DNA of 35,012 bases from Acaryochloridaceae cyanobacterium VAR_48_metabat_390 (lineage in GTDB: Bacteria; Cyanobacteriota; Cyanobacteriia; Thermosynechococcales; Thermosynechococcaceae), in the NCBI GenBank assembly GCA_031422435.1, contig JANPLU010000102.1, positions 1 through 35,012 on the forward strand. Reading direction: 5' to 3'. The notes under the pieces are model-generated. The model was not told the DNA's origin and searched no databases. It saw only the letters and a list, made by a program, of their open reading frames with translations. The position numbers were made by a program, and so were the translations under genes. Of this stretch, positions 1-7,789 are shown in pieces. Numbering within the stretch: the stretch's first letter is position 1; every line of letters begins with the position of its first letter.

Positions 1-11
1 GCACCTTGCAC

Positions 12-98
12 GCCCTCATCCCCTAGCCCCTTCTCCCTGGGGAGAAGGGGAACCAGATTTGGCTCCCTCTCCCTAGGGAGAGGGTTGGGGTGAGGGGC
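12..98. repeat. Short cyanobacterial dispersed palindromic repeat (two internal hairpins inside an outer stem; REP/MITE-like)
   Basis: Hairpins CCCCTTCTCCC-TG-GGGAGAAGGGG (27-50) and CCCTCTCCC-TA-GGGAGAGGG (65-84) are enclosed by GCCCTCATCCCC (12-23) / GGGGTGAGGGGC (87-98). It lies just downstream of the pgk stop. Confidence 0.75.
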
Positions 99-152
99 AA
101 AAGTGTAGGTTATCAAATCCATGATCCTAAGCATTCTCTACAACAAGAAAAT

Positions 153-1370
153 CTATGCCTCGTCGAGGGCAGCAATACCAGGAAGTACCTTGCCTTCTAA
201 CAGTTCTAAGCTAGCGCCGCCACCTGTCGAAATATGGCTCATTTGATCGGCTAAGCCTACCTTCTCTACGGCTGCAACAGAATCACCCCCACCAATAATG
301 GTGATGGTGCCCTTGCCTGTGAGGGAGGCAAGACTACGGGAGATCGCCTCAGTACCCACCGCAAACTTATCGAACTCAAATACCCCCATCGGGCCATTCC
401 AGATCACGCTCTTCACGTCATCCAGAGCCGCCACAAATTCTTTAACAGAATCTGGGCCAATGTCTAGACCCATCCAACCATCGGGGATGTCGTTTACGCT
501 AACGGTTCGGGCATTGGCATCAGGGGCAAAATTATCTGCCACCACCACGTCTGTCGGCAGCAAAAACTGAACGCCTTTTTCCTTGGCCTTTAGCTCTAGG
601 GCACGAGCGAGGTCTAACTTATCCTCTTCAACCAAAGACTTGCCAACGTTAAGGCCACGCGCCTTGTAGAACGTAAAAATCATGCCGCCACCCAAGAAGA
701 TTTTATCTACCTTATCGAGCAGCGTTTCAATCACGCCGATCTTGCTAGATACCTTAGAGCCACCCACAATCGCCGCCAAAGGCCGCTGAGGGTTCTCAAT
801 CGCATTCTGGAGGTACTGTAATTCTTTCTCAATCAGGTACCCAGCCACGCAGGGGCTAAGGTAGTGTGTTACGCCTTCAGTCGAAGCGTGGGCGCGGTGA
901 GCGGTTCCAAATGCGTCATTTACAAAGAGATCGGCATTGGCAGCAAGCTGCTTCGCAAAATCAGGGTCATTGCTTTCTTCGCCAGGGTAGAAACGCACAT
1001 TCTCTAGCAGCGCGACCTGACCTGATGCCAATGCGCCGATCTTCGCTGCGGCTTCATCGCCAATACAGTCGCCCACAAATACAACGGGTGTCCCTAATAG
1101 CTCAGAGAGGCGCTGGGAGACGGGGGCAAGGGTATATTTTTCTTTGCCATTTTTCTCAACGTCTTTGTAGCGCCCAAAGTGGCTCGCCAGAATAACCTTT
1201 GCACCCTTAGCCACCAAGTCTTTAATGGTAGGCAGCGCAGCGCGGATGCGGGTATCATCCGTGATGGCACCTGTTTCTTTATCTAAAGGAACATTAAAAT
1301 CAACCCGCACAAATACGCGTTTGTTGGCTAAATCAGCGGATGATAAATTTGCTAGAGTTTTTTTGGACAC
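153..1370 (-). CDS. pgk: Phosphoglycerate kinase
   Basis: Motifs [55 protein letters not shown] and [12 protein letters not shown] start with AGGAGA upstream. Confidence 0.98.
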   Translation of the reverse strand: MSKKTLANLSSADLANKRVFVRVDFNVPLDKETGAITDDTRIRAALPTIKDLVAKGAKVILASHFGRYKDVEKNGKEKYTLAPVSQRLSELLGTPVVFVGDCIGDEAAAKIGALASGQVALLENVRFYPGEESNDPDFAKQLAANADLFVNDAFGTAHRAHASTEGVTHYLSPCVAGYLIEKELQYLQNAIENPQRPLAAIVGGSKVSSKIGVIETLLDKVDKIFLGGGMIFTFYKARGLNVGKSLVEEDKLDLARALELKAKEKGVQFLLPTDVVVADNFAPDANARTVSVNDIPDGWMGLDIGPDSVKEFVAALDDVKSVIWNGPMGVFEFDKFAVGTEAISRSLASLTGKGTITIIGGGDSVAAVEKVGLADQMSHISTGGGASLELLEGKVLPGIAALDEA

Positions 1371-1520
1371 GTCTGTCTCTCCTATGTGCGTCTATTAAAA
1401 GCCGAGTCAGAGCGGGCTATATTCCACCATTGCTCTGGCTGCCGAGTCAATTTCAATAAAAATCAATGAACCCCTGCCGTCAACAATTTTACCGGAGTCG
1501 GTACCCTGGAGGAGCGTTTC

Positions 1521-1928
1521 ATGTTTAAGACCGTTTTGTTTCCCGTTGATCAAAGCCGTGATTCCCGCGAGGCGGCTGAAACTGTTGCAGAGTTAGTTAA
1601 ACTTTGCAGCGCAAAACTCATCATTCTTTCTGTAGAAGATGATTCTGAAGAGCCAGGGGGCAGCCCTGCGTCTCGTCTATCACCGGAGGTCATCGATCAG
1701 CTCCTAGAATCTGCCAAGACAACCTTTTTGGACTGGGGCATTACCGCCCAGACGCTCCATCGCAGCGGCAAAATTGCCTTTACCATCTGTGATGTTGCTG
1801 ATGAGCTGAATGTCGATATCATCGTCATGGGCTGTCGCGGCATTGGTTTAACTGAGGAGGGAGCCAATGACAGCGTGAGCAATCGCGTCATTAACCTGTC
1901 TCCTTGCCCTGTCCTGATTGTGCCGTAG
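1521..1928 (+). CDS. Universal stress protein (UspA family)
   Basis: 135 aa with N-terminal FKTVLFPVDQS, IIVMGCRG...SVS ATP-binding-type motif and C-terminal CPVLIVP. GGAGGAG RBS upstream. Confidence 0.93.
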   Translation: MFKTVLFPVDQSRDSREAAETVAELVKLCSAKLIILSVEDDSEEPGGSPASRLSPEVIDQLLESAKTTFLDWGITAQTLHRSGKIAFTICDVADELNVDIIVMGCRGIGLTEEGANDSVSNRVINLSPCPVLIVP

Positions 1929-1985
1929 CCCTATGATTGGCTAGGACGTGCAGCTCTAAAATCCTTCAGAGAATAAAGTAACCCT

Positions 1986-2549
1986 ATGCTAAAGCTATAC
2001 GGTGGCGCACGAAGTCGGGCTTCGATTGTGCAGTGGTACCTCGAAGAACTGGGCGTTCCCTACAAATTTGTCTTGCTTGATATGCAGGCAGGCGAACACC
2101 GCAAGCCTGCGTTTTTAGCCCTTAACCCCATCGGTAAGGTGCCTATTATTCAAGAGGGCGATTTTGTCTTGTCAGAATCTGGCGCAATTTTGCTCTACCT
2201 TGCCCAAAAGTACGATCCTTCTTATCCCTCTACGCCAGAGCAACAGGCGGAACTTTACCAGTGGGTGCTGTTTGCCAATGCAACCCTTGGCCCTGGGGTG
2301 TTTGTAGAAACCAGTCGAGAGAAGGAAGCGCCAGTATTGCTGGGGCCTTTGAGCGATCGCCTTCTCAACCAACCCTACATCCTCGGCATATCCTTCACCG
2401 TTGCGGATGTGGCGCTGGGTTCTATGCTGGCGTACATTCCTCTCATGCTGAAGTTAGACCTTAGCCCATATCCTGGCGTGGTGGCTTACATTACCCACTT
2501 AACTGAACGCCCCGCCTATAAAAAGGTGATGTCAGGCCGAGGGACGTAG
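1986..2549 (+). CDS. Glutathione S-transferase family protein
   Basis: MLKLYG..SRA, LNPIGKVP (cis-Pro), LSESGAILLYL and FTVADV N-capping motif. Confidence 0.93.
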   Translation: MLKLYGGARSRASIVQWYLEELGVPYKFVLLDMQAGEHRKPAFLALNPIGKVPIIQEGDFVLSESGAILLYLAQKYDPSYPSTPEQQAELYQWVLFANATLGPGVFVETSREKEAPVLLGPLSDRLLNQPYILGISFTVADVALGSMLAYIPLMLKLDLSPYPGVVAYITHLTERPAYKKVMSGRGT

Positions 2550-2746
2550 TTAAAAAGCGCTCAGCGATTTGTCTTAACATTTTGGACGCAGTTGATCATC
2601 AAATTAACCAATCCTTGATTTGAGGCTCCTGCACTGCGCAATTGGTACATTAGACTGAAAGAGGCATAATTTTCAGGTTCGCTTTACTCTATTTAGCACC
2701 GCTCAACTTCTGTACCGCACTGCCGATTCTTCACAGGCGATCTACT

Positions 2747-3457
2747 ATGAACACCCCCGTCAAGTCCGAAGGTCAAATTATCTATCCCATTTCCAAGCCG
2801 GAAGTGCCCCAAGAACTGGCAGAAAGCGTCATTCTTTCTTCGATTAATGACCTCTACGACTGGGCGCGTCTTTCGAGTCTGTGGCCTCTGCTGTACGGCA
2901 CGGCCTGCTGCTTTATCGAAGTGGCTGCCATGATTGGCTCACGGTTTGACTTTGACCGCTTTGGCTTGGTTCCACGCTCTAGCCCTCGTCAGGCCGACCT
3001 CCTCATTACAGCAGGCACCGTCACCATGAAAATGGCACCTGCCTTAGTGCGTCTTTACGAACAAATGCCGGATCCTAAGTATGTGATTGCGATGGGAGCC
3101 TGTACGATTACGGGTGGCATGTTCAGCAGCGATTCGCCGACAGCGGTACGTGGCGTAGATAAGCTGATTCCGGTGGATGTGTATCTGCCAGGTTGCCCGC
3201 CCCGACCAGAGGCCATCATGGACGCGGTGATTAAGCTGCGTAAGAAAATTTCTGATGAGGATATGCGGGAGCGGGGCAAGATGCGCCAAATCCACCGCTA
3301 TTACAGCACGACCCACAATATGAAGGTTGTCCCCCCTATTTTGACGGGCGAGTATCTTCGAGCTGAGACTCGTCAGGCACCACCTAAGGCTTTAGCCGAG
3401 GCGGTTGGAATGTCGATTCCATCTGCTCTCAAGGTTCCTGAAAAGGAGAAGGTATAG
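2747..3457 (+). CDS. ndhK: NDH-1 complex subunit K (NuoB homologue)
   Basis: [40 protein letters not shown] and [12 protein letters not shown] (N2 Fe-S ligands). Confidence 0.97.
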   Translation: MNTPVKSEGQIIYPISKPEVPQELAESVILSSINDLYDWARLSSLWPLLYGTACCFIEVAAMIGSRFDFDRFGLVPRSSPRQADLLITAGTVTMKMAPALVRLYEQMPDPKYVIAMGACTITGGMFSSDSPTAVRGVDKLIPVDVYLPGCPPRPEAIMDAVIKLRKKISDEDMRERGKMRQIHRYYSTTHNMKVVPPILTGEYLRAETRQAPPKALAEAVGMSIPSALKVPEKEKV

Positions 3458-3731
3458 TGTTTCATGAGAGCAGAAAATCTAACATTGCCCGATAGAACAC
3501 AAGATGCCGGATTAAGCTGCACAGTGGGTAAAGTCAAGGTATTTGAAAGGTTGGTACTGCTGGCACGATGATTGAGCTAATCATTCTTCGGTGATCTAGG
3601 ACACAGACTTCTCTGAAAATCCGAACTAGATTGATTGTGCAGTATACAGAAAAAAACCTTTAGCGCTCTTGCTAAAGCCTATATCTAACGCAGCGCCTGT
3701 TAAGGCAATGCACCTATAATTAGCTCTTATT

Positions 3732-3763
3732 CAAAACGCGCTCTTAATTAAGGGCGCGTTTTG
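3732..3763. terminator. 32-bp near-perfect palindrome, probable bidirectional terminator between ndhK and the cobT-like gene
   Basis: CAAAACGCGCTCTTAA|TTAAGGGCGCGTTTTG, immediately after the cobT-like stop codon and between convergent genes. Confidence 0.7.
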
Positions 3764-4870
3764 TTATGGGTTGTCTATGAATGATTGATGACAATCAAGT
3801 TCGGCTTCAATAGCATTGAGAAGCTGAGGCTGATCCCAGTTTTGGTAGAGATGAGCTGCGATCGCACTTCCTCCTGCCCCCACGCCCTCTTTGACAAACC
3901 CTTGCTCATAGGCACGAAGCTGAGCATGGCGTGAATCTGCAAAACTTAGCTGGGTCGCCAGCAGCGGGACTTGACCAATCTCTTTCGCTAACCCTACCGT
4001 GTCCCCTGTAGGGTCTTCTGCTACCCAGCGTGTCGTGCCCACCACCACCTGTTCAGGGTTCCAGAGAATGCGATCTTGGAAGGCTATCGCCCGTGCCAAG
4101 GCATACACCGCCAGCATTTGGGTTCCCCCCGCCAGCAGAACGCCACAGGTATGGCTGGCTGACAACATTAACCCTGCGGCAACCGCCTGCATTGGGTCGC
4201 CCACTGCGGCTAGAACCTGCCACGGATCGGGGTGAGAAGGAAGCGCTGATAGCCCCTGCTGCACCAACTGCCATTTTTGGTCGTGATTGCAAATCGGGTG
4301 ACTGCTGTTGATCTTGCCTTGGGCATTAAAACCCAGCCCCGCTAATACCGCTAAGGCCGTGGTGGTGCCGCCCACCACACACTCCGCCAAAATCAGGTAC
4401 CCGTCTTGAGCCTCTGCCGCTAACGTCTGTCCCCAGCGTAAGCCCTGCTCAAAGAGATGCTGAACCATGGCTCTATCCTGAGCAGCCCCCGTACTCAGAC
4501 AACGGGCAGGTCTTCCCCCTAGGTCAACAACAGGCACCGATGGTGCGATGGGTAAACCTGCGTTCATGAGCCAAGTTAGGACACTCTGCCCTTGTAAGAC
4601 TGCTCGCGTGATGAAAACGGGAGAAGCCCCTTGGTGTAGTGGGGGAAGGGGATATTGAGCGGCAATATTAGCGCCATTGAGCAAAAACTCGGCATCGGCG
4701 ATCGCCGTAAACCGTCTCGATTCAGGCGTAGCGCCCGCTGCGGAAATGCCTGGAATTAAGCCTGTCTCGGTGAAGCCTAAAACACAGGCATAAACGGGTT
4801 TCTTGCCGCGATACCGAGCCATCCACTGTGCAGCTAGGGCGGGTTGCGTATAGACCTGAATCATAGACAT
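3764..4870 (-). CDS. cobT: Cyanobacterial CobT-like nicotinate-mononucleotide-dependent phosphoribosyltransferase (cobamide lower-ligand activation)
   Basis: LGFTETGLIPGISAAG, AECVVGGTTTA, VGDPMQ, LAGGTQMLAV, GTTRWVAED and YEQGFVKEGVGAGG motifs. Confidence 0.88.
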   Translation of the reverse strand: MSMIQVYTQPALAAQWMARYRGKKPVYACVLGFTETGLIPGISAAGATPESRRFTAIADAEFLLNGANIAAQYPLPPLHQGASPVFITRAVLQGQSVLTWLMNAGLPIAPSVPVVDLGGRPARCLSTGAAQDRAMVQHLFEQGLRWGQTLAAEAQDGYLILAECVVGGTTTALAVLAGLGFNAQGKINSSHPICNHDQKWQLVQQGLSALPSHPDPWQVLAAVGDPMQAVAAGLMLSASHTCGVLLAGGTQMLAVYALARAIAFQDRILWNPEQVVVGTTRWVAEDPTGDTVGLAKEIGQVPLLATQLSFADSRHAQLRAYEQGFVKEGVGAGGSAIAAHLYQNWDQPQLLNAIEAELDCHQSFIDNP

Positions 4871-4891
4871 TGAGCAGCACCCCGCGGTAGA

Positions 4892-5575
4892 TCAGCCTTC
4901 ATCAATCAGTGCTTGAAGCCAGGGTGGTGGGTCAGGGATAGGATGCCCTAGCCGCTCCATTAGCAGTAGGGCAACCAAATGCACCAGCAGAAGGTAGAAC
5001 AATGACTGAACTGCAATGAGGGCAACAGCCACAAGCTGAACAGACTCTAAACTTGGGTCAATTAAGATGCCAAGCTTTTCAAATACCCAAGCCAAAATGC
5101 CCCGCACCTGCTGGTTTAGGTAAAGCCAAAGGTTGGTTCCGAGCAGCAGCGACACGAGCGCCGTCTGGAACAATACGCCAATCGTGGTTAGCAAGACCCC
5201 CCATCCTAGAGACGCCGCCCAACTCACTTTTGCCCGCCACAAGCCGCCCAGCAGCACGCCTAAAAAACCAAAGGGAATCAAAAACTGAAGGCTCCGAGGC
5301 GGCCCCATCAACACGCCTAGTAGCAACGCCGCCACGATCGCCGTCATCCAGGCGGCGCGTTTGCCCCAGCGAAGATAGGCGATCGCCGTGGGCAGCGCAA
5401 ACATCATCCGAAAAATTGGCCCGATGGGGAAGTAAAAATTAAGAATCCAGAGGAGGGCGCTGGTACTCGCTAAAAATGCCGTCTCTACCATGATGCGAGG
5501 GTGGCGGGGGTCTACCTTGATATCCCCTGGCATGGGAAGTTTAGGTTGAGACGGCTGGATGGCTGGATCTTGCAT
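4892..5575 (-). CDS. DUF2232-like integral membrane protein
   Basis: MVETAFLAS start of the hydrophobic core, several TM segments, LMGPPRS and C-terminal PIPDPPPW. Located between the Crp-family and cobT-like genes. Confidence 0.75.
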   Translation of the reverse strand: MQDPAIQPSQPKLPMPGDIKVDPRHPRIMVETAFLASTSALLWILNFYFPIGPIFRMMFALPTAIAYLRWGKRAAWMTAIVAALLLGVLMGPPRSLQFLIPFGFLGVLLGGLWRAKVSWAASLGWGVLLTTIGVLFQTALVSLLLGTNLWLYLNQQVRGILAWVFEKLGILIDPSLESVQLVAVALIAVQSLFYLLLVHLVALLLMERLGHPIPDPPPWLQALIDEG

Positions 5576-5604
5576 AGATTGAGCAGGTAGTGCAGTCTCT
5601 CATC

Positions 5605-6306
5605 CTAAACCAGCAAATCTTCTAGCGCATCTATATTGACGATCTGAAAAGACTCAGGGGTTCTCTTAATTAGCCCTTTTTTCTCAAGCTTGCCCAAAAC
5701 CCGCGTCACAGTTTCCCGCGCCATGCCGCTCAAACTGCTCAACTCACGGTGGGGTAGGTTCGGAATTTCGATACTGGTTCCCTTTTGAGTGCCTTGGCCC
5801 TCTGCCAAAAATAGCAGAATATCTGCAATGCGAGACGTGCTATCAGATTCTCGCAGCCGCAGCCGCCGATTTACCTGTCGTAACCGCCGCGCCATCAGCT
5901 TTGCCAGCCGAATGCCGCCCTGTGGCTCCGTATTCAAAAAATGGACAAAATCGTTGGCGGGCATGTTAGCCACCACGGTAGGCGTTAGCGTTAGCACATC
6001 CGTTGAGCGCGGCACTTCGTCAAGGGGAGCCATTTCACCAAAGACCTCGCCTTTGCCTACGATATTAAGGGTTACTTCTTTGCCGTCAATATTATAGGTA
6101 CGGATTTTAACCCAGCCGCTCAATATAAAGTACACCGAGCTGCCCCAATCATTTTCGAGCAAAACCACTCGATGGGCTGGATGTTCTCGTGTCACAACGT
6201 GGGCTAGCGCTGCTCTAGCCGTCTCTAAAGGCAGACCGTCAAAAAAAGGAATAGCGCGCACTAGCTCATCTAGTTTTGCGTCACGAGCCGTTTGTCGATC
6301 ATCCAT
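5605..6306 (-). CDS. Crp/Fnr-family transcriptional regulator
   Basis: cNMP-binding domain (YFILSGWVKI, GEVFGEMA, PRST) and C-terminal HTH (HRELSSLSGMARETVTRVL). Confidence 0.93.
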   Translation of the reverse strand: MDDRQTARDAKLDELVRAIPFFDGLPLETARAALAHVVTREHPAHRVVLLENDWGSSVYFILSGWVKIRTYNIDGKEVTLNIVGKGEVFGEMAPLDEVPRSTDVLTLTPTVVANMPANDFVHFLNTEPQGGIRLAKLMARRLRQVNRRLRLRESDSTSRIADILLFLAEGQGTQKGTSIEIPNLPHRELSSLSGMARETVTRVLGKLEKKGLIKRTPESFQIVNIDALEDLLV

Positions 6307-6416
6307 GAGCTATGCAGTCCGTATGCGTGATGAATGTCATCCTCAACCCTACCAGTCCCTTAGGCTAAAAATGCTGAAAATACGCTGTAGGCGATCGCAG
6401 CTAAAGCAAAGAAATA

Positions 6417-6455
6417 TTGCAATTCCTCTCGCAACACGTTACACTTCTTAACAAG
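6417..6455 (+). promoter_or_regulatory. Sigma70-type promoter overlapped by an HLR1-like (RpaB) direct repeat
   Basis: TTGCAA (6417-6422), 17 bp spacer, TACACT (6440-6445). GTTACACT-TC-TTAACAAG (6438-6455) resembles the HLR1 repeat (G/T)TTACA(A/T)(A/T)-N2-(G/T)TTACA(A/T)(A/T) and overlaps the -10 element and predicted start. Confidence 0.6.
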
Positions 6456-6560
6456 TGGAAGACAACTGGTGACATAACTTCTTTACAAGGTCTTTGTATC
6501 AGAGTTTCCTACTCCCAACACAGCAAGTTCTTTCAGCCGCCTAGCAGCGGCTGTTTTTTT
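6452..6560 (+). ncRNA. Candidate ~110-nt small regulatory RNA, PsrR1(SyR1)-like
   Basis: Bounded by a good promoter and an intrinsic terminator, with no credible ORF. Contains GACATAACT and GTTTCCTACTCCCAACA (anti-SD-like CTCC). From memory these resemble the conserved PsrR1 blocks; not verified by alignment. Confidence 0.6.
6534..6560 (+). terminator. Rho-independent terminator of the candidate sRNA
   Basis: CAGCCGC-CTAGCA-GCGGCTG followed by T7. Confidence 0.85.
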
Positions 6561-7124
6561 AGCGATTGATTTTTAGCCATCAAGATGTCGCCGACGTTTT
6601 GAATCTTAAAGATTAAGCGCGATGCTGTGATTCTGAGCTGAAGGTACATTGTTGCCGAAGACCGTGATACCTTAAAGAGTGCCGTGCAAAGTGTATAAAA
6701 ACTCAACGCCTACGAGATATCACATTTAGTAAAATCTTTTGCCGATTATGGCGCTTTATTTCTCTGCAATCCCTCGCTTCGGTACAGCGTCTTAAGATAT
6801 TGTGCTTGACCGAGGCATTTTTAATGAGAAGCCGTTCTCTACATAAGATGGCGTTGCTAAAGAAACAGTGAGGTGAAGCAAGCTGACATGCTTTGCCACA
6901 ATTTTGCCTGAATCATGCATCAGATATGGGTTAAGACTTTGCCCGTACCCGAGACGACCCACTAGAGTCGTGTTTGATTCTCTGAATACAGGCTTATTGT
7001 GTGCCAAGCGCTGAATTCGTTCAGTCAACATTGCTACCGCTCCATGAATGCATGAGCGAGTGGGAGCATGATTGCAAATTAACCTAAGCATTAGATTCTC
7101 GTTTTCAAATTGGAGGTTTTCTTA

Positions 7125-7598
7125 ATGTCTATCCGTCTCTATGTTGGTAATTTACCAAAAGAAATTGAGCGTACAGAGCTTGAAGCACTGTTTGCCGAAG
7201 CAGCCGGAGAGCTTGCCTCTACCAAGGTTGTGACCGATCGCAAAACGGGCAAATGCCGAGGGTTCGGGTTTGTGACCGTTGAGACTGAGGAACAGGCTGA
7301 TATTGTTATCGAAAAATTGAATGGGTTCTCTCTTAAGGACAGCATTCTTAAAATTGAGAAGGCGCTGCCTAAGGCAAAGGAATCGGCGGTTGCTGTTAGC
7401 ACCGTTGAACCACCCACGCCAGTCTCTAAACGCAATAGCGCCAGCAGCAGCGGCGGCAGCAAAGGGAAAGGTCAAGGCCGTCAGTCTCAAAATGCAGCGG
7501 TCGGCGGCGGACAGTCTGAGGCATTCCAGCCCGATCCACGCTGGGCACAGGATTTAGAGAAGCTAAAAGAGATGCTGTTGGCACAAACCAACGCGTAA
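7125..7598 (+). CDS. RRM RNA-binding protein, long Rbp3/RbpG type
   Basis: RNP2 LYVGNL, RNP1 RGFGFV and C-terminal PDPRWAQDLEKLK. The ATG at 7125 follows a GGAGG RBS, so the start is moved from the ORF-track 7110. Confidence 0.92.
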   Translation: MSIRLYVGNLPKEIERTELEALFAEAAGELASTKVVTDRKTGKCRGFGFVTVETEEQADIVIEKLNGFSLKDSILKIEKALPKAKESAVAVSTVEPPTPVSKRNSASSSGGSKGKGQGRQSQNAAVGGGQSEAFQPDPRWAQDLEKLKEMLLAQTNA

Positions 7599-7745
7599 TT
7601 TTTAGGCCGACCAACCGACTAAAGAGCGTTTGACATTAGGCAAGACTGTACCTTTCTCAACTCAATTTTTAAGAATCAAGGTTTAGATCTGAGTCTAAGC
7701 CTTCATAAGAACCAGTTTTAACGTAAAGCTTTAGGCTTCTTACTC

Positions 7746-7775
7746 AGCGACATCTCTCTTGAGGTGCCGCTTTTT
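7746..7775 (+). terminator. Probable terminator between the convergent rbp and polA genes
   Basis: AGCGACATCTC-TCTT-GAGGTGCCGCT followed by a T run. Confidence 0.6.
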
Positions 7776-7789
7776 AATGCCATAACACG

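Noticed and set aside
2747..3457. Solitary ndhK as a novelty or pseudogene
   Set aside because: All Fe-S ligands are intact, and separation from ndhC/ndhJ is known in some cyanobacteria.
3458..3731. Small ORF or cobalamin riboswitch in the ndhK-cobT spacer
   Set aside because: The 35-aa ORF has no RBS or motif. No B12-box was seen, and the spacer is downstream of cobT.
5605..6306. Calling the Crp-family gene ntcA
   Set aside because: The recognition helix is RETVTR rather than the NtcA RVTVTR, and the N-terminus does not match NtcA.
6511..6521. Yfr1 sRNA
   Set aside because: ACTCCCAACAC differs from the conserved ACTCCTCACAC motif, and the transcript length and context do not fit.
6792..7091. 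99-aa minus-strand ORF
   Set aside because: No recognisable motif or RBS. It overlaps the probable rbp leader.
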